DNA of 64,000 nt from Eledone cirrhosa (Eukaryota), in assembly GCA_964016885.1 (NCBI GenBank), contig OZ024744.1:128464001-128528000 (forward strand). Direction: 5' to 3'. Below are positions 37,661 through 51,100 of this stretch, piece by piece. The notes below the pieces were generated by a model. The model was not told the origin of the DNA and did no database searches. It was given only the letters and a program-made list of their open reading frames with translations. Made by a program: the position numbers and the translations under genes. The number at the start of each line of letters is the position of its first letter. Position 1 is the stretch's first letter.

Positions 37661-40600
37661 TTGGGGGTAAGTTAAGTTGAGGGTAAGTCAAGTTGGGGTT
37701 AAGTCAAGTTGGGGTTAAGTTAAGTTGGGGTTAAGTTAAGTTGGGGTTGAGTTAAGTTGGGGTTGAGTTAAGTTGGGGTTAAGTTAAGTTGGGTGTAAGT
37801 TAAGTTGGGGTTAAGTTAAGTTGGGGTTAAGTTAAGTTGGGGTTAAGTTAAGTTGGGGGTAAGTTAAGTTGGGGGCAAGTTAAGTTGGGGTTAAGTTAAG
37901 TTGGGGTTAAGTTAAGTTGGGGTTAAGTTAAGTTGGGGTTAAGTTAAGTTGGGGTTAAGTTAAGTTGGGGGTAAGTTAAGTTGGGGTTAAGTTAAGTTGG
38001 GATTAAATTAAGTTGAGGTTAAGTTAATTTGGGGTTAAGTTAAGTTGGGGTTAAATTAAGTTGGGGGTAAGATAAGTTGGGGCTAAGTTAAGTTGGGGCT
38101 AAGTCAAGTTGGGGTTAAGTCAAGTTGAGGTTAACTTAAGTTGGGGTTAAGTTAAGTTGGGGTTAAGTTAAGTTGGGGTTAAGGTAAGGTGGGGTTAAGT
38201 TAAGTTGGGGTTAAGTTAAGTTGGGGTTAAGTTAAGTTGGGGTTAAGTTAAGTTAGGGTTAATTTCAGTTGGGGTTATGTTAAGTTGGGGTTAAGTTAAG
38301 TTGGGGTTAAGTTAAGTTGAGGTTAAGTTAAGTTGGAGTTAAGTTAAGTTGGGGTTAAGCTAAGTTGGGGTTAAGTTAATTTGCGGTTAAGTTAGGTTGT
38401 GGGTTAAGTTAAGTTGGGGTTAAGTTAAGCTGGGGTTAAGTTAGGGTAAGTTAAGTTGGGGTTAAGTTAAGTTGGGGTTAAGTTAGGTTGGGGTTAAGTT
38501 AAGTTGGGGTTAAGTTAAGTTGGGGTTGAGTTAAGTTGGGGTTGAGTTAAGTTGGGGTTAAGTTAAGTTGGGGTTAAGTTAAGTTGGGGTTAAGTTAAGT
38601 TGGGGTTAAGTTAAGTTGGGGTTAAGTTAAGTTGGGGGCAAGTTAAGTTGGGGTTAATTTAAGTTGAGGTTAAGTTAAGTTGGTGTTAAGTTAAGTTGGG
38701 GCTAAGTTAAGTTGGGGCTGAGTTAAGTTGGGGCTGAGTTAAGTTGCAGTTAAGTTAAGTTGGGGTTGAGTTAAGTTGCGGTTAAGTTAAGTTGGGGTTA
38801 AGTTAAGTTGGGGTTAAGTTAAGTTGGGGTTTATTTAAGTTGGGGTTCAGTTAATTTGGGGTTAAGTTAAGTTTGGGTTAAGTTGGGGTTAAATTAAGTT
38901 GGGGTTAAATTAAGTTGGGGTTAAGCTAATTTGGGGTTAAGTTAAGTTGGGGTTAATTTAAGTTGGGGTTAAGTTAAGTTGCGGGTAATTTAAGTCGGGG
39001 TTAAGTTAAGTTGGGGTTAAGTTAAGTTGGGGTTAAGTTAAGGTGGGGTTTAGTTAAGTTGGGGTTAAGTTAAGTTGGGGGTAAGTTAAGTTGGGGGTAA
39101 GTTAAGTTGGGGGTAAGTTAAGTTGGGGTTAAATTAAGTTGGGGTTAAATTAAGTTGGGGTTAAGCTAATTTGGGGTTAAGTTAAGTTGGGGTTAATTTA
39201 AGTTGGGGTTAAGTTAAGTTGCGGGTAATTTAAGTCGGGGTTAAGTTAAGTTGGGGTTAAGTTAAGTTGGGGTTAAGTTAAGGTGGGGTTTAGTTAAGTT
39301 GGGGTTAAGTTAAGTTGGGGGTAAGTTAAGTTGGGGGTAAGTTAAGTTGGGGGTAACTTAAGTTGGGGTTAAGTTAAGTCGGGGTTAAGTTAAGTTGGGG
39401 TTAAGTTAAGTTGGGGTTAATTTAAGTTGGGGTTAAGTTAAGTTGGGGGTAAGTTAAGTTGGGGGTAAGTTAAGTTAGGGTTAAGTTAAGTTGGGGTTGA
39501 GTTAAGTTGGGGTTAAGTTAAGTTGGGGTTATGTTAAGTTGGGGTTAAGTTAAGTTGGGGTTAAGTTAAGTTGGGGTTAAGTTAAGTTGCGGTTAAGTTA
39601 AGTTGGGGTTAAATTAAGTTGGGGTTAAGTTAAGTTGGGATTAAGTTAAGTTGGGGTTAAGTTAAGTTGGGGTTAAGTTAAGTTGGGGTTAAGTTAGATT
39701 GTTGTTAAGTTAAGTTGGGGTTAAGTTAAGTTGGGGTTAAGTTAAGTTGGGGTTAATTTAAGTTGGGGTTAAGTTATGTCGGGGTTAAGTTGAGTTGGGG
39801 TTAAGTTAAGTTGGGGTTAAGTTAAGTTGGGGTTAAGTTAAGTTGGGGTTAAGATAAGTTGGGGTTAAGTTAAGTTGGGGTTAAATTAAGTTCGGGTTAA
39901 GTTAATTTGGGGTTGACTTAAGTTGGGGTTAACTTAAGTTGGGATTAAGTTAAGTTGGGGTTAAGTTAAGTTGGGGTTAAATTAAGTTCGGGTTAAGTTA
40001 AGTTGGGGTTAAGTTAAGTTGGGGTTAAGTTAAGTTGGGGTTAAGTTAGGTTGGGGTTAAGTTAAGTTGGGGGTAAGTTAAGTTGGGGTTAAGTTAAGTT
40101 GGGGTTAAGTTAAGTTGGGGGTAAGTTAAGTTGGGGGTAAGTTAAGTTGGGGTTAATTTAAGTTGGGTCGAATTAAGTTGGTGTTAAGTTAAGTTGGGGT
40201 TAAGTTAAGTTGGGGTTAAGTTAAGTTGGGGTTAAGTTAAGATGGGGTTTAGTTAAGTTGGGGTTAAGTTAAGTTGGGGTTACGTTAAGTTGGGGGTAAG
40301 TTAAGTTGGTGGTAAGTTAAGTTGGGGGTAAGTTAAGATGGGGTTAAATTAAGTTGGGGTTAAGTTAATTTGGGGTTGACTTAATTTGGGGTTGACTTAA
40401 GTTGGGGTTAACTTAAGTTGGGGTTAAGTTAAGATGGGGTTTAGTTAAGTTGGGGTTAAGTTAAGTTGGGGTTTAGTTAAGTTGGGGTTAAGTTAAGTTG
40501 GGGTTAAGTTAAGTTGGTGGTAAGTTAAGTTGGGGGTAAGTTAAGTTGGGGGTAAGTTAAGTTGGGGTTAATTTAAGTTGGGTCGAATTAAGTTGGTGCT

Positions 40601-43600
40601 AAGTTAAGTTGGGGTTAAGTTAAGTTGGGGTTAAGTTAAGTTGGGGTTAAGTTAAGTTGGGGGTAAGTTAAGTTGGGGGTAAGTTAAGTTGGGGTTAATT
40701 TAAGTTGGGTCGAATTAAGTTGGTGTTAAGTTAAGTTGGGGTTAAGTTAAGTTGGGGTTAAGTTAAGTTGGGGTTGAGTTAAGTCGGGGTTAAGTTAAGT
40801 TGGGGTTATGTTAAGTTGGGGTTAAATTAAGTTGGGGTTAAGTTAAGTTGGGGTTCAATTAAGTTGCGGTTAATTTAAGTTGGGGTTAAGTTAAGTTGGG
40901 GTTAAGTTAAGTTGGGGTTAAGTTAAGTTGGGGTTAAATTAAGTTGGGGTTAAATTAAGTTGGGGTTAAGTTAAGTTGGGGTTATGTTAAGTTGGTGTTA
41001 AGTTAAGTTGGGGTTAAGTTAAGTTGGGGTTAAGTTAAGTTGGGGTTAAGTTAGGTTGGTGTTAAGTTAAGTTGGGGTTAAGTTAAGTTGGGGTTAAGTT
41101 AAGTTGGGGTTAAGTTAGGTTGGGGTTAAGTTAAGTTGGGGGTAAGTTAAGTTGGGGTTAAGTTAAGTTGGGGTTAAGTTAAGTTGGGGGTAAGTTAAGT
41201 TGGGGGTAAGTTAAGTTGGGGTTAATTTAAGTTGGGTCGAATTAAGTTGGTGTTAAGTTAAGTTGGGGTTAAGTTAAGTTGGGGTTAAGTTAAGTTGGGG
41301 TTAAGTTAAGATGGGGTTTAGTTAAGTTGGGGTTAAGTTAAGTTGGGGTTACGTTAAGTTGGGGGTAAGTTAAGTTGGTGGTAAGTTAAGTTGGGGGTAA
41401 GTTAAGATGGGGTTAAATTAAGTTGGGGTTAAGTTAATTTGGGGTTGACTTAATTTGGGGTTGACTTAAGTTGGGGTTAACTTAAGTTGGGGTTAAGTTA
41501 AGATGGGGTTTAGTTAAGTTGGGGTTAGGTTAAGTTGGGGTTTAGTTAAGTTGGGGTTAAGTTAATTTGGGGTTAAGTTAAGTTGGTGGTAAGTTAAGTT
41601 GGGGGTAAGTTAAGTTGGGGGTAAGTTAAGTTGGGGTTAATTTAAGTTGGGTCGAATTAAGTTGGTGTTAAGTTAAGTTGGGGTTAAGTTAAGTTGGGGT
41701 TAAGTTAAGTTGGGGTTAAGTTAAGTTGGGGGTAAGTTAAGTTGGGGGTAAGTTAAGTTGGGGTTAATTTAAGTTGGGTCGAATTAAGTTGGTGTTAAGT
41801 TAAGTTGGGGTTAAGTTAAGTTGGGGTTAAGTTAAGTTGGGGTTGAGTTAAGTCGGGGTTAAGTTAAGTTGGGGTTATGTTAAGTTGGGGTTAAGTTAAG
41901 TTGGGGTTAAGTTAAGTTGGGGTTCAATTAAGTTGCGGTTAATTTAAGTTGGGGTTAAGTTAAGTTGGGGTTAAGTTAAGTTGGGGTTAAGTTAAGTTGG
42001 GGTTAAATTAAGTTGGGGTTAAATTAAGTTGGGGTTAAGTTAAGTTGGGGTTATGTTAAGTTGGTGTTAAGTTAAGTTGGGGTTAAGTTAAGTTGGGGTT
42101 AAGTTAAGTTGGGGTTAAGTTAGGTTGGTGTTAAGTTAAGTTGGGGGTAAGTTAAGTTGGGGGTAAGTTAAGTTGGTGTTAAGTTAAGTTGGGGTTAAGT
42201 TAAGTTGGGGTTAAGTTAAGTTGGGTTTAAGTTAAGTTGGGGCTAAGTTAAGTTAGGGCTAAGTTAAGTTGGGGTTAAGTAAAGTTAGGGCTAAGTTAAG
42301 TTGGGTTAAGTTAAGTTGGGGTTAATTTAACTTGGGGTTACATTAAGTTGAGGTTAAGTTAAGTTGGTGTTAAGTTAAGTTGGGGTTAATTTAAGTTGGG
42401 GTTAATTAAGTTGGGGTTAATTTAAGTTGGGGTTAAGTTAAGTTGGGGTTAATTTCAGTTGGGGTTGAGTTAAGTTGGGGTTAAGTTTAGTTGGGGTTAA
42501 TTTAAGTTGGGGTTGAGTTAAGTTGGGGTTAAGTTAAGTTGGGGTTAAGTTATGTTCGGGTTAAGTTAAGTTGGTGTTAAGTTAAGTTAGGGTTAAGTTA
42601 AGTTGCGGCTAAGTTAAGTTGGGTCTAAGTTAAGTTGGGGTTAAGTTAAGTTGGGGTTAAGTTAAGTGAGGGTTAATTTAAGTTGGGGTTATTTTAAGTT
42701 GGGGTTAAGTTAAGTTGGGGTTAAGTTAGGTTGGTGTTAAGTTAAGTTGCGGCTAAGTTAAGTTGGGTTTAAGTTAAGTTGGGGCTAAGTTAAGTTAGGG
42801 CTAAGTTAAGTTGGGGCTGAGTTAAGTTGGGGCTAAGTTAAGTTGGGGTTTAGTTAAGTTGGGGTTAAGTTAAGGTGGGGTTAAGTTAAGTTGGGGTCAA
42901 CTAAAGTTGGGGTTAAGTTAAGTTGGGGTTAACTTAAGTTGGGGTTAAATTAAGTTGGGGTTAAGTTAAGTTGGGGTTAAGTTAAGTTGGGGTTAAGTTA
43001 AGTTGCGGGTAATTTAAGTTGGGGTTAAGTTAAGTTGGGGTTAAGTTAAGTTGGGGGTATATTAAGTTGGGGGTAAGTTAAGTTGGGGTTAAGTTAAGTT
43101 AGGGTTAAGTTAAGTTGGGGTTGAGTTAAGTTGGGGTTAAGTTAAGTTGGGGTTATGTTAAGTTGGGGTTAAGTTAAGTTGGGGTTAATTTAAGTTGGGG
43201 TTAAGTTAAGTTGCGGTTAAGTTAAGTTGGGGTTAAATTAAGTTGGGGTTAAGTTAAGTTGGGATTAAGTTAAGTTGGGGTTAAGTTAAGTTGGGGTTAA
43301 GTTAGATTGTTGTTAAGTTAAGTTGGGGTTAAGTTAAGTTGGGGTTAATTTAAGTTGGGGTTAATTTAAGTTGGGTCTAATTAAGTTGGGGTTAAGTTAA
43401 GTTGGGGTTAAGTTAAGTTGGGGTTAAGTTAAGTTGGGGTTAAGTTAAGTTGCGTTTACGTTAAGTTGGGGGTAAGTTAAGTTGGTGGTAAGTTAAGTTG
43501 GGGGTAAGTTAAGATGGGGTTAAGTTAAGTTGGGGTTAATTTAATTTGGGGTTAAGTTAAGTTAGGGTTAAGTTAAGTTGGGGTTGAGTTAAGTCGGGGT

Positions 43601-45130
43601 TCAGTTAAGTTGGGGTTATGTTAAGTTGGGGTTAAGTTAAGTTGGGGTTAAGTTAAGTTGGGGTTCAATTAAGTTGCGGGTAATTTAAGTTGGGGTTAAG
43701 TTAAGTTGGGGGTACGTTAAGTTGGGGGTAAGTTAAGTTGGGGTTAAGTTAAGTTGGGGTTAAGTTAAGTCGGGGTTAATTTAAGTTGCGGTTAAGTTAA
43801 GTTGGGGTTAAGTTAAGTTGGGGTTAAGTTAAGTTGGGATTAAGTTAAGTTGGGGTTAAGTTAAGTTGGGGTTGAGTTAAGTTGGGGTTAAGTTAGATTA
43901 TTGTTAATTTATTTTGGGGTTAAGTTAAGTTGGGGTTAAGTTAAGTTGGGGTTAATTTAAGTTGGGGTTAAGTTAAGTGGGGGTTAAGTTGAGTTGGGGT
44001 TAAGTTAAGTTGGGGTTAAGTTAAGTTGGGGTTAAGATAAGTTGGGGTTAAGTTAAGTTGGGGTTGAGTTAAGTTCGGGTTGAGTTAATTTGGGGTTAAC
44101 TTAAGTTGGGGTTAACTTAAGTTGGGGTTAAGTTAAGTTGGGTTTATGTTAAGTTGGGGATAAGTTAAGTTGGGGTTAAGTTAAGTTGGGGTTCAATTAA
44201 GTTGCGGTTAATTTAAGTTGGGGTTAAGTTAAGTTGGGGTTAAGTTAAGTTGGGGTTAAGTTAAGTTGGGGTTAAATTAAGTTAGGGCTAAGTTAAGTTG
44301 AGGTTATGTTAAGTTGGTGTTAAGTTAGGTTGGTGTTAAGTTAAGTTGGGGGTAAGTTAAGTTGGGGGTAAGTTAAGTTGGTGTTAAGTTAAGTTGGGGT
44401 TAAGTTAAGTTGGGGTTAATTTAAGTTGGGGTTAAGTTAAGTTGGGTTTAAGTTAAGTTGGGTCTAAGTTAAGTTGGGGTTAAGTTAAGTTGAGGTTAAG
44501 TTAAGTTGGGATTAAGTTAAGTTGGGGTTAAGTTAAGTTGGGGTTAAGTTAAGTTGGGGTTAAGTTAGGTTGGGGTCAAGTTATGTTGGGGGTAAGTTAA
44601 GTTGGGGGTAAGTTAAGTTGGGGTTAGGTTAAGTTGGGGTTAAGTTAAGTTGGGGTTAAGTTAAGTTGGGGTTACGTTAAGTTGGGGGTGAGTTAAGTTG
44701 GTGGTAAGTTAAGTTGGGGGTAAGTTAAGATGGGGTTAAGTTAAGTTGGGGTTAATTTAATTTGGGGTTAAGTTAAGTTAGGGTTAAGTTAAGTTGGGGT
44801 TGAGTTAAGTTGGGGTTAAGTTAAGTTGGGGTTATGTTAAGTTGGGGATAAGTTAAGTTGGGGTTAAGTTAAGTTGGGGTTCAATTAAGTTGCGGTTAAT
44901 TTAAGTTGGGGTTAAGTTAAGTTCGGGTTAAGTTAAGTTGGGGTTAAGTTAAGTTGGGGTTAAATTAAGTTAGGGCTAAGTTAAGTTGAGGTTATGTTAA
45001 GTTGGTGTTAATTTAAGTTGGGGTTAAGTTAAGTTGGGGTTAAGTTAAGTTGGGGTTAAGTTAAGTTGGGTTTAAGTTAAGTTGGGGCTAAGTTAAGTTG
45101 GGGTTAAGTTAAGTTGGGGTTAAGTTAAGT
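37661..45130 (+). repeat. Composite HOR copy lacking its head, with a 240-bp duplication and an about 1.07-kb reiteration
   Basis: GGTTGTGGG 38395; GCTAATTT at about 38925 and 39165; GGGTCG triplets starting at 40165 and 41234; GTGAGGG 42666; ATTATT marker 43897. Confidence 0.83.
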
Positions 45131-48100
45131 TGGGGTAAAGTTAAGTTGGGGTTAAGTTAAGTTCGGGTTAAGTTAAGTTGGGGTAGAGTTAAATTGAGGT
45201 TAAGTTAACTTTGGTTTCAGTTAAGTTGGGGTTAAGTTAAGTTGGGGTTAAGTTAAGTTGGGGTTAATTTAAGTTGGGGTTAAATTAAGTTGGAGTTAAG
45301 CTAAGTTGGGGTTTATTTAAATTGAGGTTAAGTTAACTTGGGTTTGAGTTAAGTTGGGGTTAAGTTAAGTTGGGGTTAAGTTAACTTGGGTTTGAGTTAA
45401 GTTGGGGTTAAGTTAAGTTGGGGTTAAGTTAAGTTGGGGTTAATTTAAGTTGGGGTTAAATTAAGTTGGGGTTAAGTTAAGTTGGGGTTAAGTTAAGTTG
45501 AGGTTGAGTTAAGTTGGGGTTGAATTAAGTTGGGGTTAAGTTAAGTTGGGGTTAAGTTAAGATGGGGTTAAGCTAAGTTGGGGTTAAGTTAAATTGAGGT
45601 TAAGTTAACTTGGGTTTGAGTTAAGTTGGGGTTAAGTTAAGTTGGGGTTAAGTTAAGTTGGGGTTAATTTAAGTTGGGGTTAAATTAAGTTGGGGTTAAG
45701 TTAAGTTGGGGTTAAGTTAAGTTGGAGTTAAGTTAAGTTGGGGTTAAGTTAAGTTGAGGTTGAGTTAATTTGGGGTTAAGTTAAGTTGGGGTTAACTTAA
45801 GTTGGGGTTAATTTAAGTTGGGGTTAAGTTAAGTTGGGGGTAAGTTAAGTTGGGGGCAAGTTGAGTTGGGGTTAAGTTAAGTTGGGTTTAAGTTAAGTTG
45901 GGGCTAAGTTAAGTTGGGGCTAAGTTAAGTTGGGGCTGAGTTAAGTTGGGGTTAAGTTAAGTTGGGGTTGAGTTAAGTTGGGGTTAACTTAAGTTGGGGT
46001 TAAGTTGGGGTTAAGTTAAGTTGGGGTTAAATTAAGTTGGGGGTTAGTTAAGTTGGGGCAAGTTAAGTTGGGGTTAATTTAAGTTGGGGTTAATTTAAGT
46101 TGGGGTTATGTTAAGTTGGGGTTAAGTTAAGTTGGGGTTAAGTTAAGTTGGGGGTAAGTTAAGTTGGGGTTAAGTTAAGTTGGGGGTAAGTTAAGTTGAG
46201 GGTAAGTCAAGTTGGGGTTAAGTCAAGTTGGGGTTAAGTTAAGTTGGGGTTAAGTTAAGTTGGGGTTGAGTTAAGTTGGGGTTGAGTTAAGTTGGGGTTA
46301 AGTTAAGTTGGGTGTAAGTTAAGTTGGGGTTAAGTTAAGTTGGGGTTAAGTTAAGTTGGGGTTAAGTTAATTTGGGGGTAAGTTAAGTTGGGGGCAAGTT
46401 AAGTTGGGGTTAAGTTAAGTTGGGGTTAAGTTAAGTTGGGGTTAAGTTAAGTTGGGGTTAAGTTAAGTTGGGGTTAAGTTAAGTTGGGGGTAAGTTAAGT
46501 TGGGGTTAAGTTAAGTTGGGGTTAAATTAAGTTGAGGTTAAGTTAATTTGGGGTTAAGTTAAGTTGGGGTTAAATTAAGTTGGGGGTAAGATAAGTTGGG
46601 GCTAAGTTAAGTTGGGGCTAAGTCAAGTTGGGGTTAAGTCAAGTTGAGGTTAACTTAAGTTGGGGTTAAGTTAAGTTGGGGTTAAGTTAAGTTGGGGTTA
46701 AGGTAAGGTGGGGTTAAGTTAAGTTGGGGTTAAGTTAAGTTGGGGTTAAGTTAAGTTGGGGTTAAGTTAAGTTAGGGTTAATTTCAGTTGGGGTTATGTT
46801 AAGTTGGGGTTAAGTTAAGTTGGGGTTAAGTTAAGTTGAGGTTAAGTTAAGTTGGAGTTAAGTTAAGTTGGGGTTAAGCTAAGTTGGGGTTAAGTTAATT
46901 TGCGGTTAAGTTAGGTTGTGGGTTAAGTTAAGTTGGGGTTAAGCTAAGCTGGGGTTAAGTTAGGGTAAGTTAAGTTGGGGTTAAGTTAAGTTGGGGTTAA
47001 GTTAGGTTGGGGTTAAGTTAAGTTGGGGTTAAGTTAAGTTGGGGTTGAGTTAAGTTGGGGTTGAGTTAAGTTGGGGTTAAGTTAAGTTGGGGTTAAGTTA
47101 AGTTGGGGTTAAGTTAAGTTGGGGTTAAGTTAAGTTGGGGTTAAGTTAAGTTGGGGGCAAGTTAAGTTGGGGTTAATTTAAGTTGAGGTTAAGTTAAGTT
47201 GGTGTTAAGTTAAGTTGGGGCTAAGTTAAGTTGGGGCTGAGTTAAGTTGGGGCTGAGTTAAGTTGCAGTTAAGTTAAGTTGGGGTTGAGTTAAGTTGCGG
47301 TTAAGTTAAGTTGGGGTTAAGTTAAGTTGGGGTTAAGTTAAGTTGGGGTTTATTTAAGTTGGGGTTCAGTTAATTTGGGGTTAAGTTAAGTTTGGGTTAA
47401 GTTGGGGTTAAATTAAGTTGGGGTTAAGCTAATTTGGGGTTAAGTTAAGTTGGGGTTAATTTAAGTTGGGGTTAAGTTAAGTTGCGGGTAATTTAAGTCG
47501 GGGTTAAGTTAAGTTGGGGTTAAGTTAAGTTGGGGTTAAGTTAAGGTGGGGTTTAGTTAAGTTGGGGTTAAGTTAAGTTGGGGGTAAGTTAAGTTGGGGG
47601 TAAGTTAAGTTGGGGGTAAGTTAAGTTGGGGTTAAGTTAAGTCGGGGTTAAGTTAAGTTGGGTTTAAGTTAAGTTGGGGTTAATTTAAGTTGGGGTTAAG
47701 TTAAGTTGGGGGTAAGTTAAGTTGGGGGTAAGTTAAGTTAGGGTTAAGTTAAGTTGGGGTTGAGTTAAGTTGGGGTTAAGTTAAGTTGGGGTTATGTTAA
47801 GTTGGGGTTAAGTTAAGTTGGGGTTAAGTTAAGTTGGGGTTAAGTTAAGTTGCGGTTAAGTTAAGTTGGGGTTAAATTAAGTTGGGGTTAAGTTAAGTTG
47901 GGATTAAGTTAAGTTGGGGTTAAGTTAAGTTGGGGTTAAGTTAAGTTGGGGTTAAGTTAGATTGTTGTTAAGTTAAGTTGGGGTTAAGTTAAGTTGGGGT
48001 TAAGTTAAGTTGGGGTTAATTTAAGTTGGGGTTAAGTTATGTCGGGGTTAAGTTGAGTTGGGGTTAAGTTAAGTTGGGGTTAAGTTAAGTTGGGGTTAAG

Positions 48101-51100
48101 TTAAGTTGGGGTTAAGATAAGTTGGGGTTAAGTTAAGTTGGGGTTAAATTAAGTTCGGGTTAAGTTAATTTGGGGTTGACTTAAGTTGGGGTTAACTTAA
48201 GTTGGGATTAAGTTAAGTTGGGGTTAAGTTAAGTTGGGGTTAAATTAAGTTCGGGTTAAGTTAAGTTGGGGTTAAGTTAAGTTGGGGTTAAGTTAAGTTG
48301 GGGTTAAGTTAGGTTGGGGTTAAGTTAAGTTGGGGGTAAGTTAAGTTGGGGTTAAGTTAAGTTGGGGTTAAGTTAAGTTGGGGGTAAGTTAAGTTGGGGG
48401 TAAGTTAAGTTGGGGTTAATTTAAGTTGGGTCGAATTAAGTTGGTGTTAAGTTAAGTTGGGGTTAAGTTAAGTTGGGGTTAAGTTAAGTTGGGGTTAAGT
48501 TAAGATGGGGTTTAGTTAAGTTGGGGTTAAGTTAAGTTGGGGTTACGTTAAGTTGGGGGTAAGTTAAGTTGGTGGTAAGTTAAGTTGGGGGTAAGTTAAG
48601 ATGGGGTTAAATTAAGTTGGGGTTAAGTTAATTTGGGGTTGACTTAATTTGGGGTTGACTTAAGTTGGGGTTAACTTAAGTTGGGGTTAAGTTAAGATGG
48701 GGTTTCGTTAAGTTGGGGTTAAGTTAAGTTGGGGTTTAGTTAAGTTGGGGTTAAGTTAAGTTGGGGTTAAGTTAAGTTGGGGGTAAGTTAAGTTGGGGGT
48801 AAGTTCAGTTGGGGTTAATTTAAGTTGGGTCGAATTAAGTTGGTGTTAAGTTAAGTTGGGGTTAAGTTAAGTTGGGGTTAAGTTAAGTTGGGGTTAAGTT
48901 AAGTTGGGGGTAAGTTAAGTTGGGGGTAAGTTAAGTTGGGGTTAATTTAAGTTGGGTCGAATTAAGTTGGTGTTAAGTTAAGTTGGGGTTAAGTTAAGTT
49001 GGGGTTAAGTTAAGTTGGGGTTCAATTAAGTTGCGGTTAATTTAAGTTGGGGTTAAGTTAAGTTGGGGTTAAGTTAAGTTGGGGTTAAGTTAAGTTGGGG
49101 TTAAATTAAGTTGGGGTTAAATTAAGTTGGGGTTAAGTTAAGTTGGGGTTATGTTAAGTTGGTGTTAAGTTAAGTTGGGGTTAAGTTAAGTTGGGGTTAA
49201 GTTAAGTTGGGGTTAAGTTAGGTTGGTGTTAAGTTAAGTTGGGGGTAAGTTAAGTTGGGGGTAAGTTAAGTTGGTGTTAAGTTAAGTTGGGGTTAAGTTA
49301 AGTTGGGGTTAAGTTAAGTTGGGTTTAAGTTAAGTTGGGGTTAAGTAAAGTTAGGGCTAAGTTAAGTTGGGTTAAGTTAAGTTGGGGTTAATTTAACTTG
49401 GGGTTACATTAAGTTGAGGTTAAGTTAAGTTGGTGTTAAGTTAAGTTGGGGTTAATTTAAGTTGGGGTTAATTAAGTTGGGGTTAATTTAAGTTGGGGTT
49501 AAGTTAAGTTGGGGTTAATTTCAGTTGGGGTTGAGTTAAGTTGGGGTTAAGTTTAGTTGGGGTTAATTTAAGTTGGGGTTGAGTTAAGTTGGGGTTAAGT
49601 TAAGTTGGGGTTAAGTTATGTTCGGGTTAAGTTAAGTTGGTGTTAAGTTAAGTTAGGGTTAAGTTAAGTTGCGGCTAAGTTAAATTGGGTCTAAGTTAAG
49701 TTGGGGTTAAGTTAAGTTGGGGTTAAGTTAAGTGAGGGTTAATTTAAGTTGGGGTTATTTTAAGTTGGGGTTAAGTTAAGTTGGGGTTAAGTTAGGTTGG
49801 TGTTAAGTTAAGTTGGGGGTAAGTTAAGTTGGGGCTAAGTTAAGTTAGGGCTAAGTTAAGTTGGGGCTGAGTTAAGTTGGGGTTAAGTTAAGTTGGGGTT
49901 GAGTTAAGTTGGGGCTAAGTTAAGTTGGGGTTTAGTTAAGTTGGGGTTAAGTTAAGGTGGGGTTAAGTTAAGTTGGGGTCAACTAAAGTTGGGGTTAAGT
50001 TAAGTTGGGGTTAACTTAAGTTGGGGTTAAATTAAGTTGGGGTTAAGTTAAGTTGGGGTTAAGTTAAGTTGGGGTTAAGTTAAGTTGCGGGTAATTTAAG
50101 TTGGGGTTAAGTTAAGTTGGGGTTAAGTTAAGTTGGGGGTAAGTTAAGTTGGGGGTAAGTTAAGTTGGGGTTAAGTTAAGTTAGGGTTAAGTTAAGTTGG
50201 GGTTGAGTTAAGTTGGGGTTAAGTTAAGTTGGGGTTATGTTAAGTTGGGGTTAAGTTAAGTTGGGGTTAATTTAAGTTGGGGTTAAGTTAAGTTGCGGTT
50301 AAGTTAAGTTGGGGTTAAATTAAGTTGGGGTTAAGTTAAGTTGGGATTAAGTTAAGTTGGGGTTAAGTTAAGTTGGGGTTAAGTTAGATTGTTGTTAAGT
50401 TAAGTTGGGGTTAAGTTAAGTTGGGGTTAATTTAAGTTGGGGTTAATTTAAGTTGGGTCTAATTAAGTTGGGGTTAAGTTAAGTTGGGGTTAAGTTAAGT
50501 TGGGGTTAAGTTAAGTTGGGGTTAAGTTAAGTTGCGTTTACGTTAAGTTGGGGGTAAGTTAAGTTGGTGGTAAGTTAAGTTGGGGGTAAGTTAAGATGGG
50601 GTTAAGTTAAGTTGGGGTTAATTTAATTTGGGGTTAAGTTAAGTTAGGGTTAAGTTAAGTTGGGGTTGAGTTAAGTCGGGGTTCAGTTAAGTTGGGGTTA
50701 TGTTAAGTTGGGGTTAAGTTAAGTTGGGGTTAAGTTAAGTTGGGGTTCAATTAAGTTGCGGGTAATTTAAGTTGGGGTTAAGTTAAGTTGGGGGTACGTT
50801 AAGTTGGGGGTAAGTTAAGTTGGGGTTAAGTTAAGTTGGGGTTAAGTTAAGTCGGGGTTAATTTAAGTTGCGGTTAAGTTAAGTTGGGGTTAAGTTAAGT
50901 TGGGGTTAAGTTAAGTTGGGATTAAGTTAAGTTGGGGTTAAGTTAAGTTGGGGTTGAGTTAAGTTGGGGTTAAGTTAGATTATTGTTAATTTATTTTGGG
51001 GTTAAGTTAAGTTGGGGTTAAGTTAAGTTGGGGTTAATTTAAGTTGGGGTTAAGTTAAGTGGGGGTTAAGTTGAGTTGGGGTTAAGTTAAGTTGGGGTTA

